A stretch of DNA of 32,000 nucleotides from Nostoc punctiforme PCC 73102. Its GTDB lineage: Bacteria; Cyanobacteriota; Cyanobacteriia; Cyanobacteriales; Nostocaceae. The notes below the pieces were generated by a model. The model was not told the origin of the DNA, searched no databases, and was given only the letters and a program-made list of their open reading frames with translations. Shown here in pieces: positions 24,731-32,000 of the stretch; positions within the stretch are counted from its first letter, which is position 1, and every line of letters begins with the position of its first letter. Location of the stretch: NCBI RefSeq assembly GCF_000020025.1, contig NC_010628.1, positions 3,960,001-3,992,000 of the forward strand. The letters are read 5' to 3'. The translations under genes and the position numbers were made by a program.

Positions 24731-27700
24731 GACAGATACCTGGCTTTATCCCAAAACTAGAAGCCTCGGAAGTTGCAGAGGCAGTCAAAATAACTCGTCC
24801 TTGTCCATCGAACCTCCAGCTATTTGCTTCTAACGGGGGTGTGGAAGCGACATCTGGGGATTGGTTTTGTTTTGCGGTATTGATAGGGTTTTCATCAACT
24901 GCGATCGCCGGTACCCTTAAGGCTTCTCCTGGCTGTGGAGGTAATCCGCCTCGTCCTGTCACAATAAATTGACTTTCTGGTTGATTTGTGCTGACTCTAC
25001 TCGCCGCACACCCTTGACTAATTAACCCACTCACATCAACTAGATTTGTAGGCAAAGCGACTAACTCTTTTCTGATATCTGCATTTTGGATATTGATTAC
25101 GATTTCGCCATCGAGCAGGGGATTTTGTTGAGAAAAGGCAGTAATATCGCTAAGTGGAGTGAGGTTTTCGCGCTTTTCGATCCCAAAAATTCCTTGGGTA
25201 GTAATTTTGATTAAACCACCTTTGCCTTCAAAAGCATTAGCTGTGATATCGCTATTTTCTTTAGGGACAGCGACTAAAAATTTTGTGTTGATATCAATAT
25301 TGCCACCATTACCTCCAGCCCCTTCTTGTCCTGCTGTGGTAGAAATACTGCTATTATTGCGTAGCAGTAGTATGTCTCGCACTTGCAGTTGAATATTACC
25401 ACCTTCACTACTAACTGTATCTGCTAATAAATCGGATTGTCTTCGCAGAGTTAGGGAACCAGTTGTAATTCTTAAATCGCCTGCATTTCCTTGGCCTTTG
25501 CTGTTGACGGAAATTTCAGAGTCATTAGTGAGATTTACAGAGTCAAAAGCCTCAATTTCGATATTTCCACCTTTTCCTTGTTCTGATGTACTAGCTGCGA
25601 TCGCAGCTTTATCGCTCAGTGTTAACTTAGAGTTAGGCATCATTAAGTCAATCTGAATATTTCCTCCATTCCCTTGTCCAAAGGTACTGGCGCTCATAAT
25701 GCCTCCCTGTGCCAGAGCTAGGGAATCTGCTTTGATATTAATGTCACCGCCATTTCCAATTGCAGATGATTCCGCTTCAGTAGTGATTCCAGTGCCAAAG
25801 CCATTGCTGTCTTCACCATCCACTCTGACAGCACCTCTCACATCCACGGAGACATTGCCAGCATTTCCGTTTCCCAAGGTACGAGCATTCAAAGAACCTC
25901 CCCGTGTAAGATTCAGGGAATTCGCTTTGACATTAATATCGCCACCATCTCCAATTGCTGATGATTCCACTTGGCTGAAAATAGCACTGCCAAAACCATT
26001 GCTATCTACACCGTCAAGAATGACAGCACCCTTCGCATCCACTGAGATATTGCCAGCATTTCCCCTTCCTGAAGTACTGCTACTTAACTGATTTACCTGC
26101 CCTAAAGTCAGAGATTCTGCTGTAATATTAATGTCGCCACCATTTCCAACTGCTGATGATTCCACTTCACTGAAAATAGCGCTGCCAACGCCATCGCTAT
26201 CTACACCGTCAAGAATGACAGCACCTTTCACATCCACAGAGATATTCCCACTATTTCCTTCTCCAAAAGTAGTGGCACTCAAAGAAACTCCCTGTTTTAG
26301 AGTTAGGGATTCTGCTTTGATGTTAATATCACCACCATCTCCAATTGCCGATGATGTTACTTGACTAGTGATAGTGCCACCAAAGCCACCGCTATCTACA
26401 CCGTCAAGAATGACAGCACCTTTCACATCCACAGAGATATTCCCAGCATTTCCTTCTCCAAAGATGGCGGTATTCAAAGTACCGCCATGTATAATACTCA
26501 GGGATTCTGCTTTAATATTAATATCGCCACCATTTCCAACTGCTGATGGTAAAATTTGACTGCTTATTCTACTAGGATAATTCTCGCTGTTGCTAACTAC
26601 ACCATCCAGGGTGACGGCACTACCCACGTCTACAGAGATATTCCCGCTATTTCCTTCTCCAAATGTACCAGTATCTACAAATCCACCCTGTGTAAGACTC
26701 AGGGATTCTGCTTTGATATTAATATCGCCACTATTGCCAATAGCCGAGGGTGATACTGCACTCCTGATTCCACTAACAAATCTAAAACTATCTTTACCGT
26801 CTAGAGTAACAGAACCCTTCACATCCACAAAGATATTCCCACTATTTCCTCTTCCCAAGGTACTGCCACTTATTAAACCTCCCCGTGTTAGAGTCAGGGA
26901 ATCTGCTTTGATATTAATATCGCCACCATTTCCAACTGCTGATGATTGCACTTGATTGGCGATTAAACTAGGAATGCCATTGCTATTTACACCGTCCAAA
27001 CTGATAGCACCCTTCACATCAACGAAGATATTCCTACTATTTCCTTTTCCTAAGGTACTGGCAGTCACAGTACCACCTTGGGTTAAAATCAGCGATCGCG
27101 CCTTAAGATTAATGTCACCACCATCTCCAATTGCCGATGGTGCGACTAGACTCATGATTCTACTAGGAGAGGTAGAGCTATTTTCACCATCCAAGGTGAC
27201 GGCATCACTTACATCAACGAAGATATCCCCACTATTTCCTCTCCCTAAAGTACTAGCACTCAAATAACCGCCCTGTGTTATTTTCAGAGACTCTGACTTG
27301 AGATTAATGTCGCCACTATTTCCAACTCCTGATGGTTGTACTTGATTAATGATTCTACTAGGAGATGTAGAGCTATCTTCACCGTCCACCGTAATAGCAC
27401 CACTCACATCAACCAAAATATTCCCACTATTCCCTTGTCCCAAGGTGCGGGAACTCAACTGACTTCCACCAGTTAAATTCAGTGAACCTGCTTGAATATT
27501 AATATTGCTACTGTTGCCTGTAGCATTAGGACTGACTTGGTTAGTAACACTGCTGGATTGACTGATGGATATAGCTTGTGTGGCATTTAAGCTAATATCG
27601 CCTACTGTTGTTGTTGGTGTTCCCAAACCTGCTGCGATGCCAGCATTAAGAGAACTACCTTCACTAATATCTATATTTTTGCCATGAAGTGCGATCGCAC

Positions 27701-28523
27701 CACCTGAATCACCCGCAACATTCACAAAAGCTTCTCTGAGTGAAATATCGCCTCGCACAACTTCATCAGGAAATGTCAGACTTTGGTTATTTAGATTCAA
27801 CCCAATCTCCCCCTGACTAGCTACACCTCCTAATTCCACTCGACCACCCAAAGCATTTAATCCGCCTGTATTTAGTACGTTTCCTCCCACCAATAGCAAG
27901 CTTTGACTATCAGCAACCCTCAAACCAACTACAGGGTTGTTAGCGCCATCAACTCCGGCTGAAGCAATGGAATTGTTTTCGATTGGCCCTGCACCAATTT
28001 GATTAAAAAATAAAGCTGAGGGTTTAATTGTGAGTAATAATGGGGTTTCTGGGGAAGATGCACTAAAAAAGCCCTGATTGCCAAACTTGATGGCGTTGGC
28101 TGATGTCGCTACAAAAGAACCCTTCACATCTAAAATTGCATTTTTTCCAAAGATAATTCCGTTGGGATTAATCAAAAATAAGTTTGCTTTTCCTAATACT
28201 CCTAATTTTCCGAGAATTTCAGAGCGATCGCTACCTGTTACTCTACTTATAATGTTCTCAATCCCCGCAGGATTGGTAAAATATACAGCCTTTCCTTCAC
28301 CAACGTTAAATTCTCGAAAACTATGGAATAGGTTGATGCCTCGCTGCGCTCCACCATCTATATTTTCTATGGGAAGACCATCCGAATTATTTATGACTTT
28401 GGAACTTTCAATATTTAGTGTATTGTCGGGGACAATTTTACTCTGGGCGCAGGTTCGCTCTCCTGATGAAATAACAAGTGTTTCAATTAAAGCTAGGCAA
28501 ATTGCTACTTTTATATTTTTCAT
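24720..28523 (-). CDS. Filamentous-haemagglutinin-like exoprotein (N-terminal TPS secretion domain plus beta-helical repeats)
   Basis: The signal is MKNIKVAICLALIETLVISSGERTCAQS. TPS-domain motifs are GINLFHSFREFNV and ANLFLINPNGIIFG (the NPNG motif). About 10 tandem 65-67-aa repeats follow. The conserved-looking C-terminal segment is SQGCAASR..FIVTGRGGLPPQP..WRFDGQGRVILTA. I chose the start at M9 of the track ORF (the track starts at 28547). Confidence 0.9.
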   Translation of the reverse strand: MKNIKVAICLALIETLVISSGERTCAQSKIVPDNTLNIESSKVINNSDGLPIENIDGGAQRGINLFHSFREFNVGEGKAVYFTNPAGIENIISRVTGSDRSEILGKLGVLGKANLFLINPNGIIFGKNAILDVKGSFVATSANAIKFGNQGFFSASSPETPLLLTIKPSALFFNQIGAGPIENNSIASAGVDGANNPVVGLRVADSQSLLLVGGNVLNTGGLNALGGRVELGGVASQGEIGLNLNNQSLTFPDEVVRGDISLREAFVNVAGDSGGAIALHGKNIDISEGSSLNAGIAAGLGTPTTTVGDISLNATQAISISQSSSVTNQVSPNATGNSSNINIQAGSLNLTGGSQLSSRTLGQGNSGNILVDVSGAITVDGEDSSTSPSRIINQVQPSGVGNSGDINLKSESLKITQGGYLSASTLGRGNSGDIFVDVSDAVTLDGENSSTSPSRIMSLVAPSAIGDGGDINLKARSLILTQGGTVTASTLGKGNSRNIFVDVKGAISLDGVNSNGIPSLIANQVQSSAVGNGGDINIKADSLTLTRGGLISGSTLGRGNSGNIFVDVKGSVTLDGKDSFRFVSGIRSAVSPSAIGNSGDINIKAESLSLTQGGFVDTGTFGEGNSGNISVDVGSAVTLDGVVSNSENYPSRISSQILPSAVGNGGDINIKAESLSIIHGGTLNTAIFGEGNAGNISVDVKGAVILDGVDSGGFGGTITSQVTSSAIGDGGDINIKAESLTLKQGVSLSATTFGEGNSGNISVDVKGAVILDGVDSDGVGSAIFSEVESSAVGNGGDINITAESLTLGQVNQLSSSTSGRGNAGNISVDAKGAVILDGVDSNGFGSAIFSQVESSAIGDGGDINVKANSLNLTRGGSLNARTLGNGNAGNVSVDVRGAVRVDGEDSNGFGTGITTEAESSAIGNGGDINIKADSLALAQGGIMSASTFGQGNGGNIQIDLMMPNSKLTLSDKAAIAASTSEQGKGGNIEIEAFDSVNLTNDSEISVNSKGQGNAGDLRITTGSLTLRRQSDLLADTVSSEGGNIQLQVRDILLLRNNSSISTTAGQEGAGGNGGNIDINTKFLVAVPKENSDITANAFEGKGGLIKITTQGIFGIEKRENLTPLSDITAFSQQNPLLDGEIVINIQNADIRKELVALPTNLVDVSGLISQGCAASRVSTNQPESQFIVTGRGGLPPQPGEALRVPAIAVDENPINTAKQNQSPDVASTPPLEANSWRFDGQGRVILTASATSEASSFGIKPGICHGN
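25640..27515 (-). repeat. Intragenic tandem array, ~10 units of ~195-201 bp
   Basis: The protein unit is GGDINIKAESLTLTQGG.LSA.T.G.GN.GNI.VDVKGAV.LDG.DS.G..S.I.SQV.SSAIGN. Long near-identical nucleotide stretches recur, for example ATATTAATATCGCCACCATTTCCAACTGCTGATG at about 26515 and 26915, with one mismatch at about 26125. Confidence 0.85.
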
Positions 28524-28719
28524 CCAATGCCAACAGATGTGACTCATAGGCTAACTACTCTTATTAAGATGGATTGTACCAGTTTCGGGGTAAATACATC
28601 TCAAATTTTTAAATTCATAAATGAGCAAAGGGAAAACTTTAGTATGAACAACAGTATTAGCTTAAAACACTACAAACAATATTTTGTCAAGGGAGTTTAA
28701 ATATATTTTCTATAAAATT

Positions 28720-29034
28720 TTAGGTTAAATACACATTAAAACTATCAAAAAAATGACTCATTGAGATAGAAGATTTTCCATCAGGAGAAATAAGTCTGTG
28801 CAATCCGCCGCCAACAATTTCTTGTAGATCAGTTTCGCTTAACTCGTTATTGATTGCTGCGGACTCCAAAAGCTCTGCCTTAGCAAGGTTTAATTCATCG
28901 GGAGTATAATCAAAACCACCAGCTTGCAAAATTTGTCTCCGTTCTTGCTGATTAGCCGTTTGCTCCAATTTGGTTCTGAATTCCTCATCTACTAAGAGCT
29001 TAGTGTAGAGTGCTTTTGCGCTTTGAATAGACAT
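28720..29034 (-). CDS. Nif11-type leader RiPP precursor peptide (putative LanA) with a Cys-free core
   Basis: 104 aa from the MSIQSAKALYTKLLVDEEFRTKLEQ methionine, a Nif11-like leader. The double-glycine end of the leader is ..SETDLQEIVGG|G. The core is LHRLISPDGKSSISMSHFFDSFNVYLT. It lies 130 nt downstream of lanM on the same strand. Confidence 0.75.
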   Translation of the reverse strand: MSIQSAKALYTKLLVDEEFRTKLEQTANQQERRQILQAGGFDYTPDELNLAKAELLESAAINNELSETDLQEIVGGGLHRLISPDGKSSISMSHFFDSFNVYLT

Positions 29035-29113
29035 TTTAAAATTTTTATATTTTCTATTAGGATTGTTCAATACATATCTCTATAAATTAATTATGCGTAT
29101 CCAAAAATGTTTG

Positions 29114-29141
29114 GTAGGCACTATTTATAAATAGTACCTAC
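29114..29141. other. 28-bp near-perfect palindrome between lanM and the precursor gene
   Basis: GTAGGCACTATTTA|TAAATAGTACCTAC has 13/14 arm complementarity. T-rich sequence follows on both strands. It may be an attenuator, terminator or transcript-stabilising stem. Confidence 0.35.
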
Positions 29142-29163
29142 ATTATTTTCAATCCTGTGTTTG

Positions 29164-32000
29164 TTATTGCCAGAGTAGTACTGAAGGGAGTTTGTTGGGA
29201 TAGAGAAGTCTTAATAGTTCATAGCCAATGCCAGCAGTTCCTTGACTAAAGCCGGGATGATAGACTTTAAGAGGTAATTTAGGAAGCAGTTGGAAAGAAC
29301 CAGTGATCGCACTTCTGTGCAAAACTAGAGATGTCTGCAAGCGAGCAGTTTCTAGAAGTTCTAGACGGGAAAGCTGTTCAGCTGCTACTAGCAGCACTTC
29401 AACATCAGCAAAATTACCACAGCAGAGGTTATCTAATGCCTTTAAGCTTGGCTGCTGTATTTTTGGTAAAGAGGTTTCTATTTCCTGGCGAATTTCTTCT
29501 GTATTTAGAATACTCAAGCTTGCCAAACGAGCCAGAATAATACCAGGTAAACCATGACACCAATTAGCTAAGGGTGATAATTTGTCTGCTGCGATCGAGC
29601 AACTTTGCTCGTAAGCGATCGCTTCTTTGGCTGCTGACAGAAAATCTGAGTTTTTAGCTATTGCATACAACTGTAGCAAGGCGTAGGCAATGCCAGCTAT
29701 ACCCTGAGAAAATCCTGTTAAAGGTTCTCCCTCGGCGTTTGTCCAAATTTTATAACCTGTATCTGTGGTAACGCGCCGATCTAAGAGGTAATTTCCCCAT
29801 GCGATCGCTTGTTCTAAAGTGTCAGATTCTTGAGTCACTTTATACAAAGCTAATAAGCTAAGAATTGTTCCCGCAGCACCCTTTAGAAGACCTAATTCTT
29901 CCTCAACAGTAGTTGCATCTACTTTTAGCCAAGAAGCTATTTGTTGAGCATCATTAATTAGTTTTGGTTCAGATAAAAATCCCGCAATTCGAACAAATGT
30001 ATAGACAACAGAGGCTAATCCTGTAGCGCCTCCCATCCCCATCTGTTTGATTAAAGCCTGTTCGAGTTCGGGATCTCGTTCCTGAAGACCTTTGCGTAAA
30101 GACTGTAAAGTTCCTAATGCTAAATCGCCAAATTCAGCTTTGTTTGTAACTGATGCTAATGCTGCTAAAAATAAAGATACGCCGCAATAACCATTATAAA
30201 GATTATGGGCTATTGGTCGCAGTTGAAAATACTGCCCCTGAAAATCGTATGTCATCCCCAGCCAAGCAACAGTATTATTACTCCCATAAATAGCTCGCTG
30301 CTTAATTTCTTGGGCGATTTCTATTACCCGATCCAAAATAGCTTCTTCACTCAAATGAATTATTTCGTCGAGGTTTGGAGTAGTGTTTGGTAAATTTGAT
30401 AGGTCTAATTTCTCAAAAGTCTGACTTGAGTAAAACGAACTCAGAATAATACTAACTTGCTCGGCTAAATTAACATCATTTAGTTCTTTCAAGCGAGTAA
30501 TTACATCATTGTAACTAGAAGTTTCAACAAATTTATCAATGGTTGTGTCTGAGTTGATAATAATTGCATTACTATCTGAATAAGCACTAATATAAGGAAT
30601 ATCAAGCTGTTCTAGAGCTTGTTTTTCTGGTGCTAGCATTGGCCAAGAAGAATGTTTATCCTTTAAAGAAGTAAAACCTACAGCCAAAACATCTAACTCA
30701 ATACTGCGGTCTGCTCCATCTCGAAGATATTTAGGATGCAAGGAATTCTGTAAAAGCGTCGAATAAAGTTGAGTGCTGCGAAGCACAAGACGGACTTTTT
30801 GACCAGTAAATGCCGCTATGGGACTATCAGGTGCTAAGAGCGCTTTTTGATGTTGGATGAAAAACTGGTACATTTGTTTAAAGCCAGCAATTAATTCTTC
30901 TACATGCTTGCTTAAGGATGTATCCAGATTTTCTCCAAAGGGTTGATTATTGTTTTCTGATAGTAGATTGCATTCTTCTTCGCCTCTGGTCATACTATCT
31001 GTATTAATATCTACCCATTTTTGCATTCTGGCAACGATTTGTTTATCGTTAAAATCTCCCAGTCCACAAAAATCAAGATTTACTAAATCATTAGTTTGTT
31101 TATAGTTAAATACCCTCACTCCTGGTAAAAGAGCAGTAGCGATAACTGAATCAAAAAGTTTTTCATTTGCTATTAATATAGCTTCAGGACTGTCTTCTCT
31201 CATCCAAAGACCGTGATGGAAGAGTGTTTCTAAATCTACTAAAACTGGTTGTTCTCCACAAGCAATTAAGTTTTCACAATGACAGTCTGTTCCTTTCAAT
31301 GTGTAGACTATAGCCAAGATCATCCCAGCCCGTTGATAATAATCTTTGACTACCTGTTGGTTTTCACATGGTAATGGGTTCACGAATTCTATCCAACCGT
31401 GACTAGAACAGTTGATAATCTTGAGGGTTTTGAGAGGTAGAGCAATCCCTCGTTGATTTATCCAAGAAATAAATTCAAAATAAGCCTGTTCTAAACCAAG
31501 GTTTTTCGGCTTGTAAACTAGTTTTAAGTTTGAGGTAAACTTGATAATGATTACCGAGCGTCCGCAATTGTGTGGATCGGAAAACGATGACTTGATATCA
31601 ACGACTTGTCCTAGTTCTCGATCGCTTTGAAAGGTTTGCTGAATTTCATCCCAGTCTGAAGCTAATCTGAGAATAAAATCTGCGGTAGCTTCAATCCAAA
31701 AGTCTGTAGCGATCGCTGCTAATCGAGCTAGTACGCTGTATTCTTGAAAGAATGCCAGCAAACCGTCGCTCAGTAAGCCTTTAACAAACTCTACATACTG
31801 CTTTCTAGAAGAATTACCTTGCAGTTGTCCGATTAAACGGACTAACTGAGAGCTTTTGTAAGCACGAGAAATTGAGAATTCTAAATCCAAGGACTCGACA
31901 AACAATTCTGTTAGTTGTTTTAACAAACTTCGTCCTATTTGGATGCTAGCAGCCTGTGATAAAAGTTGGTAGCTAGAGCCTACCCGCTCGATTAATTTCT
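29164..32000 (-). CDS. lanM: Class II lanthipeptide synthetase LanM (ProcM-like CCG type), N-terminus beyond the window edge
   Basis: The reading frame is open to position 32000, and upstream of the track's TTG start it continues ..KLIERVGSSYQLLSQAASIQIGRS. The dehydratase-domain motif is DCHCENLIACGEQPVLVDLE. The LanC-like cyclase shows GFSQGIAGIAYALL, NWCHGLPG (29554-29559), NLCCGNFADVE (CC at 29419-29424) and GFSQGTAGIGYELL. Confidence 0.9.
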   Translation of the reverse strand, partial: KLIERVGSSYQLLSQAASIQIGRSLLKQLTELFVESLDLEFSISRAYKSSQLVRLIGQLQGNSSRKQYVEFVKGLLSDGLLAFFQEYSVLARLAAIATDFWIEATADFILRLASDWDEIQQTFQSDRELGQVVDIKSSFSDPHNCGRSVIIIKFTSNLKLVYKPKNLGLEQAYFEFISWINQRGIALPLKTLKIINCSSHGWIEFVNPLPCENQQVVKDYYQRAGMILAIVYTLKGTDCHCENLIACGEQPVLVDLETLFHHGLWMREDSPEAILIANEKLFDSVIATALLPGVRVFNYKQTNDLVNLDFCGLGDFNDKQIVARMQKWVDINTDSMTRGEEECNLLSENNNQPFGENLDTSLSKHVEELIAGFKQMYQFFIQHQKALLAPDSPIAAFTGQKVRLVLRSTQLYSTLLQNSLHPKYLRDGADRSIELDVLAVGFTSLKDKHSSWPMLAPEKQALEQLDIPYISAYSDSNAIIINSDTTIDKFVETSSYNDVITRLKELNDVNLAEQVSIILSSFYSSQTFEKLDLSNLPNTTPNLDEIIHLSEEAILDRVIEIAQEIKQRAIYGSNNTVAWLGMTYDFQGQYFQLRPIAHNLYNGYCGVSLFLAALASVTNKAEFGDLALGTLQSLRKGLQERDPELEQALIKQMGMGGATGLASVVYTFVRIAGFLSEPKLINDAQQIASWLKVDATTVEEELGLLKGAAGTILSLLALYKVTQESDTLEQAIAWGNYLLDRRVTTDTGYKIWTNAEGEPLTGFSQGIAGIAYALLQLYAIAKNSDFLSAAKEAIAYEQSCSIAADKLSPLANWCHGLPGIILARLASLSILNTEEIRQEIETSLPKIQQPSLKALDNLCCGNFADVEVLLVAAEQLSRLELLETARLQTSLVLHRSAITGSFQLLPKLPLKVYHPGFSQGTAGIGYELLRLLYPNKLPSVLLWQ

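Noticed and set aside
22317-24833. Plus-strand ORFs inside the CHAT gene (22317-22532, 22905-23087, 24156-24371, 24630-24833)
   Set aside because: They are antisense to a motif-supported 849-aa gene.
24720-25000. The exoprotein C-terminus as a contact-dependent-inhibition toxin domain with a downstream immunity gene
   Set aside because: The tail after the TGRGG motif is only about 75 aa with no recognisable toxin motif or VENN-type demarcation. The downstream gene is an 849-aa TPR-CHAT protein, not a small immunity protein.
25159-27267. A series of plus-strand ORFs (25159-25392, 25699-26091, 26131-26364, 26361-26546, 26368-26559, 26556-26753, 26590-26955, 26956-27267) with repetitive Pro/Ser-rich translations
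   Set aside because: All are antisense to the exoprotein repeat array. Their repetition simply mirrors the sense-strand repeats, and the sense ORF is 1275 aa with clear TPS motifs.
28078-28542. 154-aa plus-strand ORF
   Set aside because: It is antisense to the TPS domain of the exoprotein and shows no independent support.
28780-28812. Alternative +1 reading of the precursor core (GG-ADCTDLFLLMENLLSQ*), which would supply one Cys
   Set aside because: It needs an indel at a position with no homopolymer. It gives a short core with a single Cys-Thr pair, atypical for lanthipeptides. I kept the annotated frame and flagged the Cys-free core instead.
29303-30393. Plus-strand ORFs inside lanM (29303-29557, 29331-29540, 30205-30393)
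   Set aside because: They are antisense to LanM.
1-32000. CRISPR arrays, rRNA or tRNA genes, prophage or integron structures
   Set aside because: I found no regularly spaced direct repeats with unique spacers, no tRNA-like T-arm motifs (GGTTCGAATCC type) or rRNA-like conserved stretches, and no integrase or phage structural genes.

Overview
This is a cyanobacterial chromosomal segment. I verified at least 19 copies of the HIP1 octamer GCGATCGC, and the window also holds heptamer STRR-type tandem repeats and gene families typical of filamentous cyanobacteria. No rRNA, tRNA or CRISPR array was seen. The window has two very different halves. (A) Positions 1-14,403 are an IS and pseudogene graveyard. 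They hold five IS-derived segments: a 5'-truncated IS1 remnant, an intact IS4-type element, an intact IS701-type element, a frameshifted ISKra4-type element and a doubly frameshifted IS4/IS701-type element. Several host genes here are broken by in-frame stops (TAG, TAG, TGA), frameshifts or an internal deletion. A few ORFs look intact: TetR, HU, a WD40 protein, an EHG-motif protein and two or three orphans. (B) Positions 14,640-32,000 contain no IS and every ORF is intact. This half holds a PAS histidine kinase with a REC-AraC response regulator, transcribed divergently from an operon encoding an NB-ARC STAND NTPase, a zinc-ribbon Ser/Thr kinase with CHASE2, and DUF928. That operon converges on an overlapping gene pair: a 1275-aa TPS-domain (filamentous-haemagglutinin-like) repeat exoprotein and a TPR-CHAT caspase-like protease. 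A class II lanthipeptide locus follows, with a ProcM-like CCG-type LanM that runs off the window edge and a Nif11-leader precursor whose core has no cysteine. The best candidate for an uncharacterised system is the envelope-directed set STAND / kinase-CHASE2 / DUF928 / CHAT / TPS exoprotein at 17.3-28.5 kb. All family assignments rest on motif recognition by eye; no database search was run.
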